Assembly: GCA_046757525.1 (NCBI GenBank)
Contig: JBHHYI010000060.1
Location: forward strand, 1 to 22,837
Reading direction: 5' to 3'
Source: a bacterium
GTDB lineage: Bacteria; Zhuqueibacterota; Zhuqueibacteria; Oceanimicrobiales; Oceanimicrobiaceae
DNA: 22,837 nt
The translations under genes were made by a program, and so were the position numbers. Below, one piece after another: positions 1 to 9,380 of the stretch. Each line of letters begins with the position of its first letter. Position 1 is the first letter of the stretch. The notes under the pieces were generated by a model that was given only the letters and a program-made list of their open reading frames with translations, ran no database searches and was not told where the DNA came from.

Positions 1-177
1 CTTGGCTTCTATTTTTGATGGAAAGTAATAATCTAAGAGAACTTTGTTTCCTTAAATATAACCAGCCATGTTATGCTACGCAAGTTTTTTTTGACTCCCT
101 TGTTCGCACAACATTTGTAGCCCCGCGTGCTTGCCCGTTTCCTGTCCTTGTGCCGAATTGGTGAGTAAGGGATTGCA

Positions 178-1518
178 TCACAAGGGAGAGATGAACGAAT
201 TGATCTTTTCCTGAACCGCCTCCAAATCCGCCGGCAATTCCACCGGCAGGTTGGCGTATGTTGGCTCCACTCCTTCGAGACGGCCTTCATGATAGTTGAT
301 TTTGAAATCCGTAAATTTCAGACCGTGTGCGGTGGAAATGACCACCACCCGTTCTCTCGACTTTATTTCCCCCCTTTCCACTAATTTCAGAAAAGCCGCC
401 AGGGCAACACCTGTCTGCGGACAAGTAAAGAGACCCTCGCGGTCAGCCAGGGCGCAGGCGTTGGCCAATTCCGCTTCGCTGGCCTGTTCCACGATTCCGT
501 GCGTTTTTTCTAAGACTCGAATCGCTTTTTTGATGCTCACGGGATTGCCGATTTGAATGGCTGTGGCCAGGGTAGGTTCCGCTTTTGTGGGTTCGAATTT
601 TGCGAATCCCGTGCGGTAGCTTTCGTATAGCGGATTGGCGCGTTCGGTTTGTGCGCAAACCAACCGCGGCAGGCGTTCGATGAGTCCCACCGTTTGCATT
701 TCCAGGAAGCCCTTGCCGATGGCGGAAATGTTGCCCAGATTGCCGCCGGGCACGATGACCCAATCAGGCACCTCCCAATCCAACTGCTGCACCAGCTCCA
801 GGCTCACCGTTTTCTGGCCCTCGACTCGCAGCGAGTTCATGGAATTGGCCAAATAAATCTCTTTGGATTCTGTTAGCTGTTTGACCACACGCATGCAGCC
901 GTCAAAATCCGTGTCCAGAGAAAGCGTTAAGGTGCCGTTAGCGATGGGCTGAATGAGCTGCGCATTTGAGATTTTGTCCTTGGGCAACAGCACGATGGAA
1001 GGAATGCCGGCGGCAGCGCAGTAAGCCGCTAAAGCAGCAGATGTGTCCCCGGTGGAGGCACAAGCTACCGCGCTGATTGTTTGTCCGGATGCAATCATCT
1101 GCTTAACCATGGAGACCAGCACGGTCATGCCCAAATCCTTGAAAGAGCCCGTGTGACTGTTGCCGCAGAGTTTGATCCAGAGGTGGCGCACGCCGGTTTC
1201 TTGGGCGAGTCGGCTGGCGGTGAACAAAGGGGTGCGCCCTTCACCAATGGCGACGATGTGCTCATCCTCGATCTGCGGACACACCCACTCCCGTTTGCTC
1301 CAGACGCCGCTGGCCCAAGCCCCGCGCGAGTGCTGCAAGCGGGTTTTAAACAGTCTCTTCCAATCGTCCGGGGATTTGGTGCGCAAGCGGTCCAAGTCGT
1401 GCCGGACTTCCAGCAGATCGCCGCATTCAGGGCAGTGGTAGATGATTTCAGTCAACGGAAAGTGACCACGGCATCCGTTGCTGCATTGAAACCAGGCCTG
1501 GTAGGAATTTCGTTTCAT
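178..1518 (-). CDS. thrC: Threonine synthase (PLP-dependent)
   Basis: 446 aa. PLP-lysine motif [11 protein letters not shown], plus [27 protein letters not shown] and VPGGNLGN; N-terminal Cys cluster. Confidence 0.95.
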   Translation of the reverse strand: MKRNSYQAWFQCSNGCRGHFPLTEIIYHCPECGDLLEVRHDLDRLRTKSPDDWKRLFKTRLQHSRGAWASGVWSKREWVCPQIEDEHIVAIGEGRTPLFTASRLAQETGVRHLWIKLCGNSHTGSFKDLGMTVLVSMVKQMIASGQTISAVACASTGDTSAALAAYCAAAGIPSIVLLPKDKISNAQLIQPIANGTLTLSLDTDFDGCMRVVKQLTESKEIYLANSMNSLRVEGQKTVSLELVQQLDWEVPDWVIVPGGNLGNISAIGKGFLEMQTVGLIERLPRLVCAQTERANPLYESYRTGFAKFEPTKAEPTLATAIQIGNPVSIKKAIRVLEKTHGIVEQASEAELANACALADREGLFTCPQTGVALAAFLKLVERGEIKSRERVVVISTAHGLKFTDFKINYHEGRLEGVEPTYANLPVELPADLEAVQEKINSFISPL

Positions 1519-1557
1519 AGGGCTTATCCCATTTTGAATGTGTTGACGAAGTTAGAA

Positions 1558-1586
1558 AATGTAGAAAGAATGCGTTGCTTTGTCAA
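1558..1586 (-). promoter_or_regulatory. Sigma70-type promoter for thrC
   Basis: Minus strand TTGACA (1586-1581), 17-nt spacer, TACATT (1563-1558), about 40 nt upstream of the ATG. Confidence 0.6.
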
Positions 1587-1598
1587 GCTATAATTTGC

Positions 1599-1627
1599 TT
1601 GACATATCTATAAAATTAGCTTAAATT
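1599..1627 (+). promoter_or_regulatory. Sigma70-type promoter for the toxin-antitoxin-like pair
   Basis: TTGACA (1599-1604), 17-nt spacer, TAAATT (1622-1627). Confidence 0.6.
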
Positions 1628-1711
1628 AAACCAAATAGTTTTTCATGAGGGCACAATACTACCAGGTCAGGTGGTGGCTGTGCTTTGAGAACAGCAATTC
1701 AAAAACAAAGA

Positions 1712-2050
1712 ATGACAAAGGAAAGCGAAAGCGTGGAAAAAATTACCGCCAACAAAGAAATGCGGACAACCATCCGGCAAATATTTAAGGACGCTGGTAT
1801 ATCGTCAGAATATGAGGCCTTAGTCGACCGGGCCTTGCTGATCACGTTGGGCAAAATAACAAAATACAAGACGGAGATTGATCAATTTCAAAAAAAATAC
1901 CAGACGACCTTTGAAGATTTTGAAAAACGGTTGCTCAATCAAAAGAACGACGAGAATTTCGAGGTTGAAGATGACTTTCTGGACTGGAGATTTGCAGAGG
2001 AGGCGTTAAGAATTTGGGAAAAGAGAAGAGATATTCTCTACCATGTTTGA
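1712..2050 (+). CDS. Small acidic helical protein, putative antitoxin partner of the DUF6516 protein
   Basis: FQKKYQTTFEDF...EDDFLDW pattern typical of small proteins upstream of DUF6516 genes; overlaps the next ATG by 8 nt. Start is uncertain (TTG 1685, ATG 1712 or ATG 1760). Confidence 0.6.
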   Translation: MTKESESVEKITANKEMRTTIRQIFKDAGISSEYEALVDRALLITLGKITKYKTEIDQFQKKYQTTFEDFEKRLLNQKNDENFEVEDDFLDWRFAEEALRIWEKRRDILYHV

Positions 2051-2393
2051 AATCCTCAGGAACTTTGAAAATATTATTTCTTCATTCAAGATTCTGCTGT
2101 ATGAGCGTGAAACTGACAATTCCAGATTGAAATTAGAGGTGGTGTTCTTAGATGAAAGCAAATTAATTGTAAGGGATTATTACTTTGGTGGAGAACAACG
2201 AAAATATGTTTTCCATTGGATGGATAAAAAGAACAACCTGAGAGTTCGCTGGGATAATGCGGAACATTGGCCCGATATTGCTACATTCCCTCATCATAAA
2301 CATCTTGGTGATGCCAGGGAAGTCAAAGCTTCAACAGAAGTGTTGCTCGAAGATGTCCTGAATTATATTGCAACACAGCTCAACTTGCCCTGA
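2043..2393 (+). CDS. DUF6516-family protein (TumE-like putative toxin)
   Basis: 116 aa with the motif YVFHW...RWDNAEHWPDIATFPHHKH, characteristic of DUF6516; AT-rich relative to its flanks. Confidence 0.75.
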   Translation: MFEILRNFENIISSFKILLYERETDNSRLKLEVVFLDESKLIVRDYYFGGEQRKYVFHWMDKKNNLRVRWDNAEHWPDIATFPHHKHLGDAREVKASTEVLLEDVLNYIATQLNLP

Positions 2394-2404
2394 TCTTCCT
2401 TTTA

Positions 2405-2496
2405 GGAAACGCTCCGTTGTACGTAACGCAATCCGGCAGTTGCCGGATTGCAAAGGCGTTTCCGATATTTAAAGCAATCCGGTTGCACCGGATTGC
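2405..2496. repeat. REP-like palindrome doublet, probable bidirectional terminator
   Basis: GCAATCCGGCA-GT-TGCCGGATTGC (2428-2451) and GCAATCCGGT-TGC-ACCGGATTGC (2474-2496) lie between convergent genes. The first is enclosed by GGAAACGC (2405-2412) and GCGTTTCC (2456-2463). Confidence 0.75.
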
Positions 2497-2504
2497 AGGG
2501 GCTC

Positions 2505-4118
2505 CTACAGACAGCCGTACAACAATTCCACCTGCTGTACATAATCTTTGATTTCCTGCTTGATCCTTCTTCTGCGCCACCGCAGGCATTTGCCCATGAC
2601 CTTGGCACCTACTTTGGCGCAGTCCAGTCCGCGGCAGGCGCTGGTGCCGATGCCCGTACGCCGCAGGTAGATGTCGGCCAGCGTCCTGGATAATTCGTTG
2701 TGCAAGGAGAAAACGATCTGGGCTTTGATGTCCCAATTGTGCTCACAAATTCTCTCCTTGAGCTTGGGGTGCTCGTCGGTGAGCTGCAAAACGTTGCGGA
2801 AGTGGCTCCCGTAGACAGAGATCAAGTAAGCGATCTGAGCCTCAGATAGGCCGTATTTGCAAGCATACAATTTTGTTTTTTCTTGAACGTACTGGGAGAT
2901 GTCGTGAATGTCGCCTCCCCAGAGCGGGGTTTTATCTGTTTGGCAAATCGGCGTGGTCTCACCGATCTTTTCATAGACATAATCCACCGCTTCTTCGGCC
3001 AGACTGCGGTAGGTGGTGAGCTTGCCTCCAATGATGGAAAGCAGGCCCGGAAAGCCCTCTTTTTCGTGGTCCAAAATTATGTGGCGACGGGTGATTTCAG
3101 CTTCCTCTTTTTCATTATTGGTGAACGGCAGCGGGCGGATGCCTGCCAGACAGTAGAGCACATCCTTTCTGGTTATGTTGGCGCCAGGAAAGACGAAGTT
3201 CACTTCTTTGAGCAAGTAATCGATTTCCCTTTGCGAGGCTTGCACTTGGTCCAACTCGCCCTCGTAGCGGATGTCGGTGGTGCCCACCCAATAATAGTCG
3301 CGCCAGGGGATGATGAAAAACGGGCGCCCGTCCTGATGCGCCGGCAGATAGAGCGCGTGTTTCGGGCCTTGCGAGAATTTCGGCAGCAGAATGTGGCTTC
3401 CTTTGGTTCCCCCCATTCTTTTTGCCGGTTTCGAATTAAGCATTCCCAAAATTTCATCGACCCAGGGACCAGACGCATTGATGGTGTAAAGCCCGCGAAC
3501 TTCAAATTCCGAATGGGTAAGCCTGTCGCGAACTCTCACGCCACAGATACGCTGTTCCTCGAAAATAAAATCCACCACTTCGGTGTAATTTGCCATATCC
3601 GCGCCAGCTTTCTTTGCCAATAGGATATTTGCCAGGCAAAGTCGTTCCGGGAAAGTGACCTGGCCATCAAAATACACGAAGCCGCCTTTCAGGTGAGCCG
3701 GCCGAATCGTGGGTTCGATTTTGAGCAGCTCTTCCGGGGCAAAGGCTTTGTGACCTTCCAGGCTCTTATCGTAGGAGAGGATGTCGTAGGCCAGGAGTCC
3801 CAGCTTAACCTTGCCGTAGCCGTAAGCGTTGTCTTCATAAATAGGCAGGACAAATTGAATGGGTCGAACTAAATGGGGGGCTTGCTTCAGCAGGATTTCC
3901 CGTTCCCGCAGCGATTCCCGCACCAGGCCGATTTCGTAATGCTCCAAATAACGCAGTCCCCCGTGGATGAGCTTGGTGGATCTAAAGGTCGTGCCAAAAG
4001 CAAAATCGTGCTTTTCGGCCAGAAAAACCCGGAGGCCACGTTCGGCGGCATCCCTTGCTATGCCGGCGCCGTTAATGCCCCCGCCGATAATAATAACATC
4101 ATAAAACTTATCTTGCAT
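2505..4118 (-). CDS. glpD: FAD-dependent glycerol-3-phosphate dehydrogenase
   Basis: 537 aa. IIGGGINGAGIARDAAERG, GTTFRSTKLIHGGLRYLE, IIGGKLTTYR and LRRT motifs. Confidence 0.93.
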   Translation of the reverse strand: MQDKFYDVIIIGGGINGAGIARDAAERGLRVFLAEKHDFAFGTTFRSTKLIHGGLRYLEHYEIGLVRESLREREILLKQAPHLVRPIQFVLPIYEDNAYGYGKVKLGLLAYDILSYDKSLEGHKAFAPEELLKIEPTIRPAHLKGGFVYFDGQVTFPERLCLANILLAKKAGADMANYTEVVDFIFEEQRICGVRVRDRLTHSEFEVRGLYTINASGPWVDEILGMLNSKPAKRMGGTKGSHILLPKFSQGPKHALYLPAHQDGRPFFIIPWRDYYWVGTTDIRYEGELDQVQASQREIDYLLKEVNFVFPGANITRKDVLYCLAGIRPLPFTNNEKEEAEITRRHIILDHEKEGFPGLLSIIGGKLTTYRSLAEEAVDYVYEKIGETTPICQTDKTPLWGGDIHDISQYVQEKTKLYACKYGLSEAQIAYLISVYGSHFRNVLQLTDEHPKLKERICEHNWDIKAQIVFSLHNELSRTLADIYLRRTGIGTSACRGLDCAKVGAKVMGKCLRWRRRRIKQEIKDYVQQVELLYGCL

Positions 4119-5219
4119 TTAACTCAAATTGAAGTAGGTTTCCCAGCCTTTTGCAATCAACGGCAGCAGCGATTGAATTCTTCTGTTATAAAAATACTTA
4201 GCGATAATGCGATTTCTACGCAGAAATCTTCCCAGTCTACTTTTCAAAACCAATTTCGGATAGGTCGCAAATGAGAAATCGTCGTTCTCGAAAGCCTTCT
4301 TGACGGCTTCGGCGGCCACGGGTCCATAAGCCAAAGCAGTGGAAATGCCTTCCCCCAGCCAGGGCTCGATGCCTGCCGCATCGCCCACCAGGAGCACATT
4401 GGGGCAGGCGTACCTCCCTTTGGGGGAAAACCATCTTTCCGGGTGCCCCATGAATGTGATGTTTTCGTTTAACAAACCCCGGTTGCGTAGTCTTTCGGTC
4501 AGAAATTCTCTTAGTTTGGCCCGCCGGTCCCCGTGAATTCGACTGTCAAAAATGCCGATGTTCAAATAGGCCTGGCCTTGAATCAAACTGGGAAAGTTCC
4601 AGAGATAGCCTTGTAAATCATACCTGGCCGGCCGAAAATCCAGGACAGCCATATTCTCGGCAAATTCCTGGGTTTGTGTGGGATCGACTCGCACCAGCAC
4701 TTCCATCAGGCGGGAAACTCGCGACCGCTTTTCGGCAATCATTTTCTTGCGGACCAGGCTGTTGGCGCCATCCGCACCTACGATTACCCGGGGGTAGAAT
4801 GTGCCGCGCTCCGTGGCGACCTCCAGGCCATCGTGACTCCGTCGCACGTCCACCACATTCTGTCGCTCGAGAATGGTAATGCCAGCCGCGCGGGCCTGAT
4901 AGACCAGGTCTGCGTCGAATTCGTCCCGTCGCACCACGCGCATCATGTCTTTTCTGAGAAAATGTACCGGCCTGTTTTCGAAATAAAATCGCACTTTGTG
5001 GATTGGAAAACTCGGCACTTTGGACCGCACACCCAAAGTCGCAAGAATCTCATCCGCATAGGGGGTCAAGCCGCCCCCGCACAATTTGTGGCGCGGATGC
5101 TTTTCCCGCTCCAGAATCACGACCTCGGAGGCCAGGTGCGGGCTTATCTGCCGCAAGCTCAAAGCAGTTGCGATGCCCGCCGGCCCAGAGCCAATGATGA
5201 CAATCTTTCGTTTTTTCAT
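4119..5219 (-). CDS. Geranylgeranyl-reductase-family FAD-dependent oxidoreductase
   Basis: 366 aa. IIGSGPAG, PRHKLCGGGL, VGADGANSLV and LVGDAAG...GEGI motifs. Its TAA directly abuts the glpD ATG. Confidence 0.85.
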   Translation of the reverse strand: MKKRKIVIIGSGPAGIATALSLRQISPHLASEVVILEREKHPRHKLCGGGLTPYADEILATLGVRSKVPSFPIHKVRFYFENRPVHFLRKDMMRVVRRDEFDADLVYQARAAGITILERQNVVDVRRSHDGLEVATERGTFYPRVIVGADGANSLVRKKMIAEKRSRVSRLMEVLVRVDPTQTQEFAENMAVLDFRPARYDLQGYLWNFPSLIQGQAYLNIGIFDSRIHGDRRAKLREFLTERLRNRGLLNENITFMGHPERWFSPKGRYACPNVLLVGDAAGIEPWLGEGISTALAYGPVAAEAVKKAFENDDFSFATYPKLVLKSRLGRFLRRNRIIAKYFYNRRIQSLLPLIAKGWETYFNLS

Positions 5220-5242
5220 GTCCGGGTCCCAATTTAGTGGTA

Positions 5243-5271
5243 AATATGCTCAAAAAAATAGTAATTGTCAA
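5243..5271 (-). promoter_or_regulatory. Possible sigma70 promoter for the reductase-glpD operon
   Basis: Minus strand TTGACA (5271-5266), 17-nt spacer, CATATT (5248-5243). Confidence 0.4.
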
Positions 5272-5321
5272 TAGTTGGAAAAATCGTGTCAGATTTATAA
5301 CATCGATGAGAACTTTTTTGC

Positions 5322-5350
5322 TTGAAATTCTTGACGTTTCTTTGTATACT
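5322..5350 (+). promoter_or_regulatory. Sigma70-type promoter for the Omp85 fusion gene
   Basis: TTGAAA (5322-5327), 17-nt spacer, TATACT (5345-5350). Confidence 0.5.
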
Positions 5351-5479
5351 GCGAGGGAATCAAGATTGCAAAGCAAACCGCCGAACTATATTTAATACGA
5401 TTTCTTGAGAATTCCGAACTTTCCGGTCTAAACCATTCCCCGGCCGAGTCATGCATTGACGAACTCGTGGAGAGACGAA

Positions 5480-8400
5480 ATGAGTAAATTCTTGCTTCTG
5501 AGTGCTGCTGCGATCATTTCTTTCCCCCAGACAGCTTTCCCACAAATTTTTGGCAAAAACAACGTACAGTATAGCAATTTTAAATGGCAATACGTCCAGT
5601 CGAGGCATTTCGACATCTATTTTTATCCGGGGGCTGAACGGGTTGCAGATTTTGTCGCCGACGTTGCGGAGTCCTCCTATGTCAGCCTTTCCAACGATTG
5701 GAATTACCGGTTGCGCGACAGAATTGTTATTATTCTCTACAAATCCCACAATGATTTTGGCCAGACGAATCTGAATTTTGGCCCCCCGGAAGAGTCGGTG
5801 GGCGGATTCACGGAGTTCTTCAAGAATCGCGTGGTGATCCCTTACGAGGGTTCGTATGAGCAGTTGCGGCACGTCACCCACCATGAGCTTACTCATGCGG
5901 TCATGTTGCAAATGTTATTTGGTACCGGCTCCCAGGCAATTGTGGCAGGCATTTCGCGTGGTCAAATTCCGCTCTGGTTCATTGAAGGCTTGGCGGAGTA
6001 CGAATCCCGTGGGTGGGATACGGAGTCGGACATGTTTATCCGCGATGCTGTGATAAACGGCTACCTGCCGCCTATCGAACACCTTTCGGCTTTTTTGGCC
6101 TATAAAGGGGGGCAATCGGTTTTGAGATTTATTGCGGACAAATACGGAGAACGCAAAATTGGCGAACTGCTCACTAAGGTCAAATTTACCAAAAGTGTTG
6201 AGCGTGGCTTCAAGCAGAGCATTGGCATGGACAGCAAAGAATTGAACGCACGTTGGCAAAAGTATTTGAAGAAAAACTACTGGCCTGATTTTGCAAAAAG
6301 GCAAGAGCCAGCGGATTTTGCAAAACAGATTACCTTTCACGACAAAGACAAAAACTTCATCAACAATAGCGGAGCTTTGTCACCGCAAGGCGACAAAATC
6401 GCCTATCTTTCCGACAAAACTGGTTTCTTTGACATCTACCTCATGTCCACCATCGATGGCAGCAAAATCGCTAAATTGGTCAGCGGTCAAAAGAATGGTA
6501 TGCTCGAAGAACTGCACTGGCTGCGACCGGGTATCACCTGGGATCCGGAGGGCACGAGGATCGCATTTGCGGCTAAAAGCAAGGAGCAGGACGCGCTTCA
6601 TATCGTGGACGTGCACCGGAAAAAGATCGTCCAGAGCTACAAGTTCAATTTGGATGGGCTTTATTCGCCGGATTGGTCGCCCGACGGGAAAAGCATAGCC
6701 TTCGTCGGTACCAGGAACGGGTCTTCCGATATTTATGTCTGTGATTTACATTCCAAAGAATTGACCAAACTCACCGACGACGTGTTCAGCGATTTGGAAC
6801 CGCGGTGGTCCCCGGGCGGTGACGAGATCGTGTTCATCTCGGACCGGTCAAAATACACGCAGCCAGAGAAAATCCCGGACAATTTCAAAATCCAGAACGC
6901 GAATTATCACCAGTTTGATATCTACACCATTGGCACGCATACGCGGGCTATCACGCGTATCACCGCCACGGATGCTAATGAAAAGTCCCCGGTCTGGTCG
7001 CCGGATGGCACCAGGCTGGCTTTTGTTTCCGACCGCAGCGGTGTGTACAATATTTACGTCAAAAACCTACCTCAGGCGACCAAGGAAGACAACATCGTTT
7101 TGGCCTCCATGGGTTTCTTTGATGATGCCGACAGTACCAACGGTTCTGAGGACGCCCTGGCCCAGCAAACGGATATCTACCCAATTACCAACGTGTTGAC
7201 CGGAATCGATCATTTGTCCTGGGAAGGTGACCGCCTCTCTTTCACCTGCTTTTACAACGGTGGTTTCGATATTTTTTTCATGAAAGATCCGTCCAGCATC
7301 GAGCCCAACGAAGTGCACTTGAAATATACCAATTTCATCCGGAAGCGACAGCAGGCCCAGCAAAGGAAGGAACTGGTCCAGGGAGGGGCGGCACACAAAA
7401 GCAAAGCCCAATCGGAAACAGAGAAGCAGTCGCGTTACCGGCATTTTGTGTTTGGTGAGGATTTCAAGAAGGGACGGCCAACAAGCGCCGGGGAACCGAA
7501 ATCCGATTTGTTCCTGGACCCCCAAGACTACAAATCTGGCTCTGCTGACTATAAGGTCAACAAATATAAAGTGAAGTTTTCGCCGGATATCATCACCGGT
7601 GGTGCGGGATACGACCCTTTTTTCGGATTCCAGGGGGCGTCGGTCATCTCGTTCAGCGATTTAATGGCCAATCATCGGATCAACATCTTGACGGATTTTT
7701 TCGTCGATTTCAAGAACAGCGACTTTGCCCTCAGCTATTTCTATATGCCACGACAGACCGACTACGGCGTCGGCATCTTTCAGTATTCGTACTTGCTGTT
7801 CAGCGGTGGCCAGTTTCTGGTACGCGACCGTAATTATGGTGTGAATCTCCGCCTGTCGCGGCCTTTCGACCGATACCGCCGCTGGGAATTTAAACTCGAT
7901 TTTCTAAATATTTCCCGTGAAGGCATAAACGCTTTCAAGAACGAGGGTCCCGAGGTCAGGAATCAGTCCAAACGCGTGCTCCTGGCCGGGCTTTCTTACA
8001 CCAAGGATAACGTTTTGTGGGGCCTGACCGGGCCCAAAGCCGGGAGTCGATATTATCTCTCAGTGGAATTCAGCCCTGACCTTGGCAGCAGCGGTTTGGA
8101 CTTTCGCAAGTATCAATTTGATCTTCGACATTACGTCAATTTTGCCAGGAACTACACTTTTGCTTTCCGGCTGACAGCCGGTTTTAGCGAAGGGCGCCAT
8201 GCTCAAAAGTTCTTTTTGGGCGGGTTGGACAACTGGATCAATCTAAATTTTCGTAATGACGTGGAATTAGACCTGGATCAGGTCTACTTTTCCAATTTTG
8301 CCACCCCGTTGCGTGGGTTCGATTACTATGAGCAGATCGGTTCCAAATTCTTCCTGTCCAATCTTGAATTGAGGTTTCCTTTCATCGATTATTTGTTTAT

Positions 8401-8662
8401 GACCTGGCCGTTGCCGGTTGGATTCACCAACGTTCGCGGCGTTGTTTTCGTGGACGTCGGCAGTGCCTGGGACGGCAACTTTAATTTTTTCGCAAGGTCT
8501 CCGGGAGGATCCCTAAGGTTGGATGACGTGCTCATGTCTTTTGGCTGGGGGACCCGGGCCAATTTGGGGATTTTTCTATTCAAATATGACATCGCCTGGC
8601 GCACCGATTTAGCCGGGATTTCCAGGCCCAGGCATTTGTTTTCAATAGGCGCTGATTTTTGA
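5480..8662 (+). CDS. Omp85/BamA-TamA-family outer-membrane protein with N-terminal zinc peptidase (MA clan) and PD40/TolB-like beta-propeller
   Basis: Signal peptide after ATG 5480 (GGAGAG upstream). HELTH plus WFIEGLAEY; repeated WSPDG/FxSDR units; C-terminal barrel with LRGF, NLELRFP and FVDVGSAW, ending in Phe. Confidence 0.85.
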   Translation: MSKFLLLSAAAIISFPQTAFPQIFGKNNVQYSNFKWQYVQSRHFDIYFYPGAERVADFVADVAESSYVSLSNDWNYRLRDRIVIILYKSHNDFGQTNLNFGPPEESVGGFTEFFKNRVVIPYEGSYEQLRHVTHHELTHAVMLQMLFGTGSQAIVAGISRGQIPLWFIEGLAEYESRGWDTESDMFIRDAVINGYLPPIEHLSAFLAYKGGQSVLRFIADKYGERKIGELLTKVKFTKSVERGFKQSIGMDSKELNARWQKYLKKNYWPDFAKRQEPADFAKQITFHDKDKNFINNSGALSPQGDKIAYLSDKTGFFDIYLMSTIDGSKIAKLVSGQKNGMLEELHWLRPGITWDPEGTRIAFAAKSKEQDALHIVDVHRKKIVQSYKFNLDGLYSPDWSPDGKSIAFVGTRNGSSDIYVCDLHSKELTKLTDDVFSDLEPRWSPGGDEIVFISDRSKYTQPEKIPDNFKIQNANYHQFDIYTIGTHTRAITRITATDANEKSPVWSPDGTRLAFVSDRSGVYNIYVKNLPQATKEDNIVLASMGFFDDADSTNGSEDALAQQTDIYPITNVLTGIDHLSWEGDRLSFTCFYNGGFDIFFMKDPSSIEPNEVHLKYTNFIRKRQQAQQRKELVQGGAAHKSKAQSETEKQSRYRHFVFGEDFKKGRPTSAGEPKSDLFLDPQDYKSGSADYKVNKYKVKFSPDIITGGAGYDPFFGFQGASVISFSDLMANHRINILTDFFVDFKNSDFALSYFYMPRQTDYGVGIFQYSYLLFSGGQFLVRDRNYGVNLRLSRPFDRYRRWEFKLDFLNISREGINAFKNEGPEVRNQSKRVLLAGLSYTKDNVLWGLTGPKAGSRYYLSVEFSPDLGSSGLDFRKYQFDLRHYVNFARNYTFAFRLTAGFSEGRHAQKFFLGGLDNWINLNFRNDVELDLDQVYFSNFATPLRGFDYYEQIGSKFFLSNLELRFPFIDYLFMTWPLPVGFTNVRGVVFVDVGSAWDGNFNFFARSPGGSLRLDDVLMSFGWGTRANLGIFLFKYDIAWRTDLAGISRPRHLFSIGADF

Positions 8663-8845
8663 ATCGCCGGGCAGCGTTCTTCCAGGTCATGGTGGCAGGC
8701 GTCGTGCGTTCAGTGCCTGCCCTTCCATAAGCCCTTACCACGAACCCCACCTCTACTCAAGCCTGAGCCGATCAAACGGTGACCTTCTTGAACAAGTTCA
8801 ACGTTTCATAAGCTGGGTACCTTCATAAAATTTTTCAAAAAGTCA

Positions 8846-8874
8846 TTGCATTTTAGCTCAATTGTGTCTATATT
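8846..8874 (+). promoter_or_regulatory. Sigma70-type promoter for the CBS genes
   Basis: TTGCAT (8846-8851), 17-nt spacer, TATATT (8869-8874). Confidence 0.5.
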
Positions 8875-8933
8875 TTTCGGAGTTTTTGAAGATTGCCTAA
8901 ATCCAATAAAGAATTTAAAATTAGGACGGTTCC

Positions 8934-9338
8934 ATGGATTCATCAACCCTGCGTTCTCCGATTAAGAGCTTAGAGGTTTCAAAGCCCATTTGCGTGGCGC
9001 CGGACAGCATAGTCAGCAAGGTATTGAAAACGATGCGCGACAACAAGATCGGTTGCGTTTGCGTGGTAGAGAACTGCAAAACGGTGGGGATTTTCACCGA
9101 ACGAGACGTCCTGGTGCGGGTGATTGGTGAAAACAAGAATCCAGAAGCCATTGTTGTAAAAGAGGTCATGACCGCTGATCCGGAATACTTGTTTGAAGAT
9201 GATGAGATTGCATTTGCTTTAAATAGAATGCGTGTGGGGGGATTCCGGCATGTTCCCCTCGCCGATGCCGATTGTCGACCTGCGGGAATCATTTCGGTGA
9301 AGGATATCGTGAAGCACTTAATGAAAGATTTACAATAA
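8934..9338 (+). CDS. CBS-domain (Bateman module) protein
   Basis: GIFTERDVL, VMT, GGFRHVP and GIISVKDI motifs. Confidence 0.9.
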   Translation: MDSSTLRSPIKSLEVSKPICVAPDSIVSKVLKTMRDNKIGCVCVVENCKTVGIFTERDVLVRVIGENKNPEAIVVKEVMTADPEYLFEDDEIAFALNRMRVGGFRHVPLADADCRPAGIISVKDIVKHLMKDLQ

Positions 9339-9380
9339 GTCGTTGAATGGGGAGATTATTAACGGTAAGGAGGCTTTAGG

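Noticed and set aside
8681..8817. 6S RNA
   Set aside because: CCTGAGCCGAT and TTGAAC..GTTCAA recall 6S motifs, but they are too close together and a long rod fold is not evident. Kept only as an unassigned structure.
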